In this document: one piece after another, positions 1 to 9,074 of the stretch
How the letters are laid out: every line of letters begins with the position of its first letter
How positions within the stretch are numbered: position 1 is the first letter of the stretch
Assembly: GCF_000018105.1 (NCBI RefSeq)
Contig: NC_009925.1
Span: 4,680,001 to 4,712,000, forward strand
DNA: 32,000 nucleotides
DNA from: Acaryochloris marina MBIC11017
GTDB taxonomy: Bacteria; Cyanobacteriota; Cyanobacteriia; Thermosynechococcales; Thermosynechococcaceae
Direction: 5' to 3'
Made by a program: the position numbers and the translations under genes
Notes under the pieces: model-generated
What the model saw: the letters and a program-made list of their open reading frames with translations, nothing else
The model's database searches: none
Told to the model about the DNA's origin: nothing

Positions 1-244
1 CCACCAAAGTATTGGGAGGCCAAAATCGCTCACCAGCCTCCAGCTGCTTTTTCACTTCTTTTAGTAAATCTGCCCATTCCAGGGTGGTTTCACTGGGAGC
101 CGGTAAGTAGAGCAATAACTTGCCATCTTCAGCTTCCATATGGAGTTGGACTTCGGCAACCCGAGGCGACTCCTGTTCGGATTCTGATTCGCTGTTAGGG
201 GGAGAAGTGGCGGCAAGTGAAGCCCTAAGCCGTTCTGGTTCCAT
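1..244 (-). CDS. Partial CDS (N-terminus only, continues past the left edge); possible MinC-like septum-site protein
   Basis: The minus-strand frame from the ATG at 242-244 stays open to position 1. It reads MEPERLRASLAATSPPNSESESEQESPRVAEVQLHMEAEDGKLLLYLPAPSETTLEWADLLKEVKKQLEAGERFWPPNTLV. An acidic/Ser-rich leader followed by a pattern like 'VQL..EDGKLLLYLP...W.DLL..VK..L..GERFW' matches my memory of cyanobacterial MinC N-termini. It is missing from the ORF track because it has no stop inside the window. It starts 12 nt downstream of the stop of the preceding gene. Confidence 0.45.
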   Translation of the reverse strand, partial: MEPERLRASLAATSPPNSESESEQESPRVAEVQLHMEAEDGKLLLYLPAPSETTLEWADLLKEVKKQLEAGERFWPPNTLV

Positions 245-256
245 AAACGCCCTTTT

Positions 257-1105
257 TTACTTGCGTGACTGTTCGGCCGATTTGTTCTTTGGAACGACAT
301 TAAGTCGCTGACTGATAATTGTCATGCCACCATCTTGCACCAAAATGGCAGAAATCCACTCGCTCATGGGCTTATTTCCTGCCGTACCGACCTTAAACAG
401 GCCACCAGCGGGTAACAGCTCTAGCTTAAGCTCGGGCTGCTTCAGATAGTTTTCCATCGTGATCGCTTCTTCTAGGGCTAATCCCAATAATGGGTTATCC
501 CCCAGAGGCTCATCCACAATCACATCAAATTCAAATTTTTCGCCAACCCCCACTTCCTGGGGAAGGTTGACCTGCACTTTAGGCGGTTTCCGTCCTGAAG
601 TCAGCTTGCTTTGTTCAGCTAGAATCTCTTGCTTGGCAATCTGTTGTCCGACCCAATGCTGACGGGAGTGAAGGGTAGAGTGCAATTTTACAGGCCCCTG
701 ATCTAGGGCCTGAGTACCGGTGATGGTTGTTTTGGTCTCAACGGTATAGCCTTGAGGGGTTTTCTCCCAGGCCACTAACTCAGTTTTATAGGATAAATCC
801 TGGTAATCTTCCCAAAATGTGGCAATCACCTGCTTCAAAGTTTTCCGATTCAGACCATCGCCACTCGTAAAATTGAAACTGTAAAAGCCCAGCAGTTTGG
901 ACAGATCTTTTTGGTTCGCCGCCATATCGACTTGAGCGAGCTGCTCTGTCAGGGCAGGTGGAGCATCCGGATCTAGTTGAGCTGTGTCTGGAGCCACGCT
1001 TTCAGCATAGGCAAGCTGAGGCAAGCCCCCCATTCCTAAAGCACATAGGCAGACCGTAGACAATCCAACCCCCAACTGACCCATAGCACGGCGGCCCCTA
1101 TTCAT
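257..1105 (-). CDS. Secreted/periplasmic conserved hypothetical protein
   Basis: Long ORF 257-1189. The most plausible start is the ATG at 1103-1105, giving MNRGRRAMGQLGVGLSTVCLCALGMGGLPQLAYA, a basic n-region plus hydrophobic core plus AYA cleavage-like site. Alternative starts are ATG 1159 and TTG 1189. I recognise no catalytic motif. Confidence 0.6.
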   Translation of the reverse strand: MNRGRRAMGQLGVGLSTVCLCALGMGGLPQLAYAESVAPDTAQLDPDAPPALTEQLAQVDMAANQKDLSKLLGFYSFNFTSGDGLNRKTLKQVIATFWEDYQDLSYKTELVAWEKTPQGYTVETKTTITGTQALDQGPVKLHSTLHSRQHWVGQQIAKQEILAEQSKLTSGRKPPKVQVNLPQEVGVGEKFEFDVIVDEPLGDNPLLGLALEEAITMENYLKQPELKLELLPAGGLFKVGTAGNKPMSEWISAILVQDGGMTIISQRLNVVPKNKSAEQSRK

Positions 1106-1357
1106 CGGGCGGCGAGACTGAGAAGCAACGGATTGCAAAATGCGGATAAAGTTGTACATGGAATGGTGGTATGTAATGACAAGAACCAAGTCACTCTTTC
1201 AGATAGGGTCCCCTGAACTGATAGGAGAGGCTGCATCACCAGTGAGTGGTTCGCTTTGCCACGTTTCCCTGAAAGTAGCATCTCAATTCTAGATTAACTT
1301 TCCTATAGAAGGCGAAAACGCTAGAATTCTCAACTTCCACCTACAAGGATAGCAACA

Positions 1358-2458
1358 GTGAGCAATTCCGAATCGGTTGCCATAACAGAACAACCCCAGC
1401 GGTTCCTAATCGCTGCTAGCGGGACAGGCGGGCATTTATTCCCCGCGTTGGCCGTTGCAGAAGTCCTTGAAGCAGAGCAATTTCAACTGGAGTGGCTAGG
1501 GGTAAGCAATCGATTAGAAACCCAGCTCGTTCCTAAAAAATATCCCTTACGGACGGTCCCTATTGAAGGACTCCAAACTCGGATAGGTCCAAAGACTCCC
1601 ATTCTCCTAGGAAAGTTAGCCGTGGCGGTTTGGCAAACCCGTCAACTTCTAAAGCGCGGCCAATTTAAGGGTGTGCTCACTACGGGAGGCTATATCGCTG
1701 CCCCGGCCATTTTGGCCGCGTGGTCCCTAGGGTTACCGCGAGTGATTCATGAATCGAATGCCATTCCGGGGAAAGTGACGCGATGGCTCAGTTCGATCTG
1801 CACGGGGGTGGGGTTGGGATTAGAAGATGCCACAACATACTTGCCCAAAGACAAAACTGTAGTGGTGGGTACGCCTGTCCGTCCTGCGTTTTTGACTCCT
1901 TGTGAACTGGATTTACCGATTCCGCCAGAGGCCACGCTGATTGTGGTGGCAGGCGGCAGCCAAGGCGCTGTCTCAGTCAACAAATTGGTACGAGCCTGTG
2001 CACCAGCTTGGTTAGAGACGGGAGCTTGGATCGTCCATCTCACGGGAGCCCAAGATCCAGATGCTCAATCTTTTCAGCATCCCCATTATTTGTCGATGCC
2101 GTTTTACGACAATATGGCTGGTTTATTGCAGCGGGCTAATTTAGCCATTAGTCGGGCAGGTGCAGGGACCTTAAGCGAACTTGCGATCGCATCCACTCCT
2201 GCCCTCCTAATCCCTTACCCCTATGCCGCTGAGGACCATCAAGCGTTCAATGCGGCCGCTTTTGTTAAAGCGGGAGCTGCCGAGATGTATCGTCAGGATG
2301 AACTAACAGAAGAACAACTGAAACAGACCGTGCTCCAATGGATACAGGAACCTCAAGTCTTAGAGGAGATGGCTGTAAAGGCTTACAGCTTAGCAGTCCC
2401 CAATAGCACAGAGCGCTTCGCCCAGCTCATTCTTGAGCAGATCGAAGCGTCTCCATGA
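1358..2458 (+). CDS. murG: UDP-N-acetylglucosamine--N-acetylmuramyl-(pentapeptide)-pyrophosphoryl-undecaprenol GlcNAc transferase
   Basis: 366 aa with a GTG start. The N-terminal AASGTGGHLFPALAVAE glycine-rich loop, the GT28 two-domain length and the C-terminal GAGTLSELA motif are all typical of MurG. Confidence 0.9.
   Translation: MSNSESVAITEQPQRFLIAASGTGGHLFPALAVAEVLEAEQFQLEWLGVSNRLETQLVPKKYPLRTVPIEGLQTRIGPKTPILLGKLAVAVWQTRQLLKRGQFKGVLTTGGYIAAPAILAAWSLGLPRVIHESNAIPGKVTRWLSSICTGVGLGLEDATTYLPKDKTVVVGTPVRPAFLTPCELDLPIPPEATLIVVAGGSQGAVSVNKLVRACAPAWLETGAWIVHLTGAQDPDAQSFQHPHYLSMPFYDNMAGLLQRANLAISRAGAGTLSELAIASTPALLIPYPYAAEDHQAFNAAAFVKAGAAEMYRQDELTEEQLKQTVLQWIQEPQVLEEMAVKAYSLAVPNSTERFAQLILEQIEASP
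2183..2190. repeat. HIP1 octamer GCGATCGC
   Basis: Exact match read in the sequence. Confidence 0.95.
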
Positions 2459-2493
2459 AATAAATAGGTAACGTATCGCTAGAAGCCCAGCGT

Positions 2494-3474
2494 CTAGATC
2501 ATTTTTAGGTGGGGATAAGCCGCAACTAAATCATCCGCACTGAGGGTGTCGGACTCCGCTTGGGGGGTCCATAACACTTCTAGGGCTAGGAGCTGGTCAC
2601 TGGAAACAGAGCCTACTTGATTGAGAGCCTGGCGAAGATCTTGATCCGATTTAATATCTGGGAGCTTTTGCTTGCCCTGGGCAGCTACCACTAGGGTAAC
2701 GACAATGTATTCACCAGGGGCCTGAGTCAGGGTATCTGGTGTCTTGGTTAATGTGCCAATGGTGTCTTGGATCTGCTGTTTCACATTCGACAAGGTTTCT
2801 GCTTGGAACTTGCTCCGCTCGGTTAAAGCTAAATGGTTAAATTTAGCCTCAGCAGAGACCAGGCGGGTTTGCTCCGATTCAGCACTGGCGTAAACCCAAT
2901 ATTCAGGGTGGCGTAACAGGGCTAAATTCGTTTCTTGCAGAACCTTCGCGAGACCTGTGCTAGATCCAGTATTGCCAGTTTGGGCAATCCGGTCGAGGTC
3001 CGCTTTCAGACCCCGGGCTTCGGCTAATAAACCCACTTGAATTTTGCTGACTGTAACAGAGGGGTTGGCAGCGTTTTGGTCATAACTGTTGCCTCTTAAG
3101 CTGATGCCCTCTCCATCCCCAGCAATATTTCGGAAGCTAGACACCAAAAAGTTAGCTACGGCAATCAGGATCAGGATGGAAAATAAGCCACCGCCGCCAA
3201 ATCCAAAGAATGGGATGAGAAAAGGAAAGCCAAATCCACCGCCATAGCCGCCTCGAGCGTAACCGCCCCGAGAATAGCCACCTGAATAGCCCCGGGAAGG
3301 GCTGCTGCGATAGGAGCGAGACGGTACAGAACGACGGAAGCTCCCTCCGCTAATACGACCACCCGTGCGGGCTGCTAAGGCAGCATCGGCATTGCTGAAG
3401 ACTAGGACACCAACGAGCGCGATCGCAACGAGTAGACGGGAAAAAGTTTTATAAATGGGACGTTTTTTATTCAT
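2494..3474 (-). CDS. DUF1517 family membrane protein (cyanobacterial/plastid type)
   Basis: Signal-anchor, then a GGRISGGSFRRS..SYRSS..GYSGGYSRGGYARGGYGGGFGFPF Gly/Arg/Tyr-rich stretch, a Gly-rich TM segment, and a soluble C-terminal domain of about 200 aa. This is the characteristic DUF1517 layout. ATG 3472-3474 is preferred over the GTG at 3483. Confidence 0.8.
   Translation of the reverse strand: MNKKRPIYKTFSRLLVAIALVGVLVFSNADAALAARTGGRISGGSFRRSVPSRSYRSSPSRGYSGGYSRGGYARGGYGGGFGFPFLIPFFGFGGGGLFSILILIAVANFLVSSFRNIAGDGEGISLRGNSYDQNAANPSVTVSKIQVGLLAEARGLKADLDRIAQTGNTGSSTGLAKVLQETNLALLRHPEYWVYASAESEQTRLVSAEAKFNHLALTERSKFQAETLSNVKQQIQDTIGTLTKTPDTLTQAPGEYIVVTLVVAAQGKQKLPDIKSDQDLRQALNQVGSVSSDQLLALEVLWTPQAESDTLSADDLVAAYPHLKMI
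3419..3426. repeat. HIP1 octamer GCGATCGC
   Basis: Exact match read in the sequence. Confidence 0.95.
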
Positions 3475-3679
3475 CTTTCGCACTGAGGGCTTACATTAAC
3501 GCAATCTTGGGAAGAATCGTAGTGAATAGGACTGACCCGATAATCGGTATGACAACCAGAATTATTCTGACAGTCATCGGCAATCCTCTGCCCCAAACCT
3601 TGCTTTGTCTTAAGTTTAGTTCTTCTATTTAGTCAAGGGGGAACCCCAACAGAGGGATTACCGAAAACCAACCGTAACC

Positions 3680-4705
3680 CTAATAGCGAATCCTTGGATC
3701 AACATAGGCATTGACGATATCAATGACGATGCTAGACATTACAGTGATGACCGAAACAAAGACGATAATTCCTTGCACTGTTGGATAATCTCTTAATGAA
3801 ATTGCATCATAAAGTCGATTCCCTAAACCTGGCCAAGAGAAAGTAACTTCCGTTAGAACAGAACCACCCATCATTGCAGAAATTGTAAGTCCCAAAACAG
3901 TGATGACCGGAATTAATGCATTTCTCAATGCATGAAATACTAGAATTCGCCATTCAGGGATTCCTCTTGCCCGTGCAGCCTCTACATAGTCTGCTGTGAG
4001 TGATTGTTTGAGATTAACTCGAACAATACGCTCAAAAATACCGCTTAAGAAAATACCAAGGGTTAGGCTGGGCAAGGCCAAATGATAAATCGCAACGCCA
4101 AATGATTGAAAATCTCCTGCTAATAAGCTATCGACTGTATAAAGACTGGTAGGGCCTTGCGGTGCACTTAGGCGAGTTGAGAAACGAGTGCTATCAGGAA
4201 ACCATCCAAGTTGAACAGCGAAGAATAATTTAAATAACATCCCTACCCAAAACATTGGTAAGGCATAAGTACCAATTCCAAATATTCTTCCCCAAAAGTC
4301 ATAACTAGTATCGGGTTTAGATGCCGAAATAATCCCTACAGTAACTCCCAAAACAAACGCAACAGTGAGACTACAAAGAGCAAGCTCTAATGTTGCTGGA
4401 AAATGCTGCTGAATAATATTCCATACGGGCTCTCCACGACTACTTAGTGAAGTTCCTAAATCGAAGTTTAGTAAATCCTTCATATAGTTCGTATATTGAT
4501 GCCAAAGAGGTTGATCTAATCCTAATTGACTACGTATGGCTAACTTCTGAGCTGCTGGGGCTTTCGGTCCTAGAATGGCATCAATAGGATCCCCAGGTGT
4601 TGCTCGCATGAGCAAGAATACGGCAGTAGTCACTGTCCATATCATCAAAGGTGCCAACAATAATCGGGCGACCAAATAGGAGCGAAGTGCACGAGAGCGA
4701 GACAT
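3680..4705 (-). CDS. ABC transporter permease, DppB/OppB (peptide/nickel) type
   Basis: 341 aa, polytopic. N-terminal YLVARLL..P.....TAVFLLMRATPGDP and C-terminal AYVDPRIRY are hallmarks of binding-protein-dependent family-5 permeases. A GGAG sits 7 nt upstream of the ATG. It lies 8 nt after the stop of the SBP gene. Confidence 0.85.
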   Translation of the reverse strand: MSRSRALRSYLVARLLLAPLMIWTVTTAVFLLMRATPGDPIDAILGPKAPAAQKLAIRSQLGLDQPLWHQYTNYMKDLLNFDLGTSLSSRGEPVWNIIQQHFPATLELALCSLTVAFVLGVTVGIISASKPDTSYDFWGRIFGIGTYALPMFWVGMLFKLFFAVQLGWFPDSTRFSTRLSAPQGPTSLYTVDSLLAGDFQSFGVAIYHLALPSLTLGIFLSGIFERIVRVNLKQSLTADYVEAARARGIPEWRILVFHALRNALIPVITVLGLTISAMMGGSVLTEVTFSWPGLGNRLYDAISLRDYPTVQGIIVFVSVITVMSSIVIDIVNAYVDPRIRY

Positions 4706-4713
4706 AGTGACTC

Positions 4714-6414
4714 CTAGGTCGCTGAACGGCTAAGAGAGGCAAAAGGCATCGCTTGAGTTGGTTCCAGCCGCACGCCTTGGATATCAGGTCGGGCAAAGGC
4801 ATACTCCTTCCGTTGCCATAGGGGAATAAAGGGAACATCCTGAGCCAGCAGATCCTGAATCGCCTCAAAGGTTTTCTGGCGTTTGTCAGGGTCTTGTTCC
4901 TGGCGCTGTTGATCAATCAGCTGATTCATTTTTTCACTGAAATAAAATGACCCTTGTCCAACGGTCGCGCCTTCTTTACAACCTTCCTCCACATTCCCTT
5001 CTGAACAGTCTAAGAAAGGATGGATATAGGTATCAGGATCATAGTAGTCCCCACTCCAGTCCAGCATAAACATCGGGTAGGTGCCTTTATCCAAGTTGTT
5101 ATAGGCCGTTGCTGATTCGATGCTTTTGAGTTCCACCTTGGCTAAATCTTTCAGCTCTTTCTCAATAAAAGCTTTGATCGTCGTCGCTGCAGGGCCATCG
5201 CTGGGGACATTCGAGCGATACCAAAATTCCACTTCTAGAGGCTTTTCTGTGGTGTACCCCGCCTTATTCAGCAGCTCTTTGGCCTTGTCTACATTATCCT
5301 GATCATCCCCTTGAAACACTGGCTTGCTAGCCTCAAAAATACTAGGGACCAAGCTATAGAGCGGGTCAACCTGGCCATTAAACACTCGATTTTGGATCAG
5401 TTGCCGATTAATCGTCAGCGCCAACGCTTGGCGAACCTCTGGTTTCTTCAAGGTTTCATCCCGAAGATTTAGGCTGACATAGGTGATGTTACTACCGGGT
5501 CCGGTAATGGCCTGCCAGTCTCCTTTATCAGCTGCTTTCGCTAATAGCTCAATTTGTTCGGGATTCAAAGACTGATAGGCAATATCCACGGATCCGGTGC
5601 GAAAGGCGTTGAACAAGTTGGCACTGCTGGTAAAACTTTGAATATCAATCCCTGGATTTGTGGGTTTGTCTCCCCAATATTTGTCAAAGCGGTCTAACCG
5701 GATAGAGTCGCTGCGATTGTCTACCAGCTGGTAAGGTCCTGTCCCTACAAAGGTAGAAGGATTAAACTTTCCAGGCCCAATTTCATAAGCTTTGGGAGAA
5801 ACAGCCACTAACCCCGAGAAGGCTAACAAGTCTGTAAATGCGGCAAACGGTTTTTTCAACTGGATCTCCAGCTCGGCAGCCGATTTCGCAGTGACAGAAT
5901 CCACCACGTCAGATAATAGGAACGCTGGCTGCCCCCCATTCTGGATAAAGCGATTGAGAGAAAACTCCATCGCCTTGGCGTCAAAAGGGGTGTCGTCATG
6001 GAAAACAACATCTGTCCGCAAAGGAATGGTGTAGACCAAACCATCCTCACTGACTTTAGGAAGCTCTGTAGCCAACTGCGGTGCCAGTTCTGTTGTGCCG
6101 CTTTTGTATGCATATAGACGGTCTCCCATGTTGTAGAGGAGATTACCTGAAAAGAGTTCTAGGGCATCGGCTGGATCTAAGGTTCTGACTTTCCCCGTTG
6201 TGCCTAACGCTAAGCGAGTGTCTGCTCCAGTTGTGGATGGACTGGGTCCTGAATTGCGAGGCTGGCAACCCACAATCAATAATAGGCAACAACAGAACAG
6301 ACTGAGATAGAACCTTGCCCCTCGCCATCGCCATCTCTGAGCCAGATAGTTGAGGGATTTCAATACAAGATGCGTCAAAAAGTTGGAAGGAGTCAACAAG
6401 GGCTTCTCTCGCAA
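4714..6414 (-). CDS. ABC transporter substrate-binding lipoprotein, family 5 (peptide/nickel)
   Basis: About 560 aa, with a lipobox-like LLLIVGC, and the size and sequence character of SBP_bac_5 proteins (..YKSGTTELAPQLA.., ..GTGPYQLV.., ..KYWGDKP..). The start is uncertain: only TTG candidates lie upstream of the lipobox. Confidence 0.85.
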   Translation of the reverse strand: MREKPLLTPSNFLTHLVLKSLNYLAQRWRWRGARFYLSLFCCCLLLIVGCQPRNSGPSPSTTGADTRLALGTTGKVRTLDPADALELFSGNLLYNMGDRLYAYKSGTTELAPQLATELPKVSEDGLVYTIPLRTDVVFHDDTPFDAKAMEFSLNRFIQNGGQPAFLLSDVVDSVTAKSAAELEIQLKKPFAAFTDLLAFSGLVAVSPKAYEIGPGKFNPSTFVGTGPYQLVDNRSDSIRLDRFDKYWGDKPTNPGIDIQSFTSSANLFNAFRTGSVDIAYQSLNPEQIELLAKAADKGDWQAITGPGSNITYVSLNLRDETLKKPEVRQALALTINRQLIQNRVFNGQVDPLYSLVPSIFEASKPVFQGDDQDNVDKAKELLNKAGYTTEKPLEVEFWYRSNVPSDGPAATTIKAFIEKELKDLAKVELKSIESATAYNNLDKGTYPMFMLDWSGDYYDPDTYIHPFLDCSEGNVEEGCKEGATVGQGSFYFSEKMNQLIDQQRQEQDPDKRQKTFEAIQDLLAQDVPFIPLWQRKEYAFARPDIQGVRLEPTQAMPFASLSRSAT

Positions 6415-6546
6415 ATACAGAAAGACAGTAGGGGCTAGATATGTAAATCATCGAAGATGATTGATCCGGCTCTACTGTCTTGCCATTTTATAGTGAGAGG
6501 GCAAAATATGACGCGTCCCTACTCAGGAAATTTTCTAGGCGAAGCC

Positions 6547-7251
6547 CTATTTCTTGTCTTTATCCTGATCCGCAGATGCTAAGGCAATAGGCTCTTGACC
6601 CACACTGACTCTAACTTTCATGCCAGATTGTTCAAGGACAACCACTGGGGCTGCAGGATTACTAAGGTTAATTGACTTCACCAAAACTTGGCCATTGGCG
6701 ATGCGTTCACCAACCCCCACAGTTCGGGTTGATTTTTCGCCGGGTGCCTTCAGAATGGCCTTAGGCCGACCTCCCAAATTAATCACCCCTGTTACTTTTA
6801 CCCCTTGAGCCACCTCTGGTTTGGGCAAGGTAGGCAAGACAATCTTGCCAGGAGTCGTACTGGGTTTAGTAGATGGTGATGTAGAACTTGCTGTTGGCGC
6901 CGTTGCTTTCGGTGCAGTCCCCTTTGGTACATTCACCGTTGATGGGGGCTGAGTCGAACGAGGCGAGGAAGTATTCGGTACAGCTGGTACAATCTCGGCG
7001 AAAGGATCGGTACGACCACTCTTCACCACCCGTAACCGTTCATCAGGATTGGTGGGGCGAGTTAAGACTACCTTAGCCGCGGGGGGAGAAGGAATTTCCG
7101 GTGAGGCATCGGGGAAAGACTGTTCAGTAGGAGTCTCGGACGCCTGTTCAGCTTCAGGCTCATCACCCCCAGCTCCCCCACAACTTGCTATCCCCATGGA
7201 TAACAGGATCAAAGTTACCCCTAATATTGTTTTTCGCATCCGTTTCTCCAT
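6547..7251 (-). CDS. Lipoprotein with a Pro/Ser/Thr-rich linker and a PilP-like C-terminal beta domain (function uncertain)
   Basis: Lipobox SMGIASC, a long low-complexity P/S/T/A linker, then VKVTGVINLGGRPKAILKAPGEKSTRTVGVGERIANGQVLVKSINLSNPAAPVVVLEQSGMKVRVSVG. That last stretch resembles the PilP/secretin-interacting fold pattern. ATG 7249-7251 is preferred over GTG 7263. Confidence 0.55.
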   Translation of the reverse strand: MEKRMRKTILGVTLILLSMGIASCGGAGGDEPEAEQASETPTEQSFPDASPEIPSPPAAKVVLTRPTNPDERLRVVKSGRTDPFAEIVPAVPNTSSPRSTQPPSTVNVPKGTAPKATAPTASSTSPSTKPSTTPGKIVLPTLPKPEVAQGVKVTGVINLGGRPKAILKAPGEKSTRTVGVGERIANGQVLVKSINLSNPAAPVVVLEQSGMKVRVSVGQEPIALASADQDKDKK

Positions 7252-7445
7252 CGTCTTAAGCACTATTGTTCACTACTAGAGAGCTGTCATTCTTACGATT
7301 TGGTGAGTGATCTGGTTGAGTTTTCCCCGGCACTGTCAGCTCAGGATATGGAAGAGACTGCTTACCAAACCAACATGTGGCCGCAGGAGAATCATCTCTT
7401 GCTAGCAATACAAGCTAGGATCGAAGCAGTTGAAATCCAATCGTT

Positions 7446-9074
7446 TTGAGCGAAAACAACTATTCAACAACTCAAACGCCTAAGTCACAGGGCAAGGTTT
7501 TTATCATTGGTGCTGGCCCTGGGGAACATAACTATCTTACGGTTATGGGACAAAACCTGCTTGCTCAGGCTGACGTCATCCTCTATGATGCCCTGATCAA
7601 TCCTGAATTATTAAACCTCGTAAAGAAAACTTGCTTAAAAATCCCAGTTGGTAAGCGAGGTAAGGGTCCTAGCACTCCCCAAACAGAGATTGATCGCCGG
7701 TTAGTGGCGTATTGTTGCCAGGGATATCAAGTTGTCCGTCTTAAAAGTGGTGATCCCTTTGTGTTTGGACGCACCACGTCTGAAGTCCTCGCCTTACACG
7801 CAGCAGGTTGTGCGGTTGAAGTGTTGCCGGGGATTTCTTCTGCCCTAGCAGCACCTTTATTTGCTGGCATTCCCCTTACTGATGCCCAATTGGGCCAGCA
7901 CTTTACGGTATTGAGTGCCCATGCCCCAGAGCGTCTGGACTGGTCTGTTTTAGCCCAACTCGATACCTTGGTGATTCTGATGGGGGCGCGCCAGTTAGAA
8001 ACCATCGTCCATCACCTGAGACACCATAGCCAGCCCGAACAACATCCGATTGCCATTATTCGTTGGGGAGGTCGGCGTCAGCAGCAAGTTTGGACTGGCA
8101 CGTTGGGGACGATTGTGGCCCAAACCCAAGGAGAGTCCCTATCGCCTTGTGTAATCGTGGTGGGCAAAGTCGTTAATCTCCAACCAACCCTGGGACTTTC
8201 TTTCCCGACCAACAGTGAATATGCTCATAGAAGTGATTCTGCACAATGTTCCATGGGTGCTACTTCTCTTCAGTCAACTTTACCGTTAGCAGGTAAAACG
8301 ATCTTGGTGACGCGAGCCGTTGCCCAATCCAAGACCTTTAGTCAATCTCTTATGTCGATGGGGGCGACAGTCGTGGATATGCCGGCATTGGAAATTGGCC
8401 CGCCTTCGTCTTGGAAGGCGTTAGATGGTGCGATCGCATCTTTAGATCGCTTTGACTGGCTGATCTTGACGTCTGCCAATGGCGTTACTCGCTTCCTAGA
8501 CCGTCTATTCCATGCCGGCTTAGATACGAGAGCACTCGCTTCCGTCAAGATTGCAGTGGTCGGTCGAAAAACAGCCAAAACTTTAGAACAGCAAGGATTA
8601 AAGGCGGACTATATCCCACCTAACTTCGTTGCGGATGCTTTAGTAGAGCATTTCCCAGGGGAAGCACTGACGGGGCAGACCCTGTTATTCCCCAGAGTTG
8701 AAAGTGGTGGACGAGACGTTTTGGTCAAACAATTGACCCAAAAAGGGGCAACAGTGGTGGAGGTGGCTGCCTATCAATCACGATGTCCAGCAACCATTGC
8801 TCCCCAGGCCCTCCATGCCTTGCGAACTCAAACCGTTGATATCGTCACCTTTGCCAGTTCTAAAACGGTTCGCTATTTTTATCAGCTTCTGCAGCAAGCG
8901 GTTGGAGAGGGTAAACCCCAGGCATGGCTTACTCCCCTCAAGGTCGCCTCCATTGGTCCTCAGACTTCATTGACCTGCCAAGAGCTGCTGGGACGAGTCG
9001 ATATTGAAGCGGAGGAATATACCTTAGACGGTTTAACGCAAAGTATTGTTGACCACTATCAGACTCAAGATTAG
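7446..9074 (+). CDS. cobA: Bifunctional uroporphyrinogen-III C-methyltransferase / uroporphyrinogen-III synthase fusion
   Basis: The N-terminal half has GKVFIIGAGPGE...YDALI...VVRLKSGDPFVFGR...VLPGISSA (SUMT/CobA tetrapyrrole methylase motifs). After a Ser/Thr-rich linker, the C-terminal half has LAGKTILVTRA...WLILTSANGV...IAVVGRKTA...TFASS (HemD two-lobe pattern). The only start upstream of the GAGPG loop is the TTG at 7446. Confidence 0.85.
   Translation: MSENNYSTTQTPKSQGKVFIIGAGPGEHNYLTVMGQNLLAQADVILYDALINPELLNLVKKTCLKIPVGKRGKGPSTPQTEIDRRLVAYCCQGYQVVRLKSGDPFVFGRTTSEVLALHAAGCAVEVLPGISSALAAPLFAGIPLTDAQLGQHFTVLSAHAPERLDWSVLAQLDTLVILMGARQLETIVHHLRHHSQPEQHPIAIIRWGGRRQQQVWTGTLGTIVAQTQGESLSPCVIVVGKVVNLQPTLGLSFPTNSEYAHRSDSAQCSMGATSLQSTLPLAGKTILVTRAVAQSKTFSQSLMSMGATVVDMPALEIGPPSSWKALDGAIASLDRFDWLILTSANGVTRFLDRLFHAGLDTRALASVKIAVVGRKTAKTLEQQGLKADYIPPNFVADALVEHFPGEALTGQTLLFPRVESGGRDVLVKQLTQKGATVVEVAAYQSRCPATIAPQALHALRTQTVDIVTFASSKTVRYFYQLLQQAVGEGKPQAWLTPLKVASIGPQTSLTCQELLGRVDIEAEEYTLDGLTQSIVDHYQTQD
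8429..8436. repeat. HIP1 octamer GCGATCGC
   Basis: Exact match read in the sequence. Confidence 0.95.

Noticed and set aside
61-311. ORF-track entries 61-300 (-) and 120-311 (+) at the left edge
   Set aside because: Both have low-complexity, unconvincing translations. A different minus-strand frame (ATG 244 to the window edge) gives a coherent MinC-like N-terminus and fits the operon spacing, so that frame was annotated instead.
7264-7445. Possible cobalamin riboswitch upstream of cobA-hemD
   Set aside because: I could not find a B12-box-like core or the expected conserved GCCACTG-type element in the 180-nt leader. This needs an Rfam scan, so it is not claimed.
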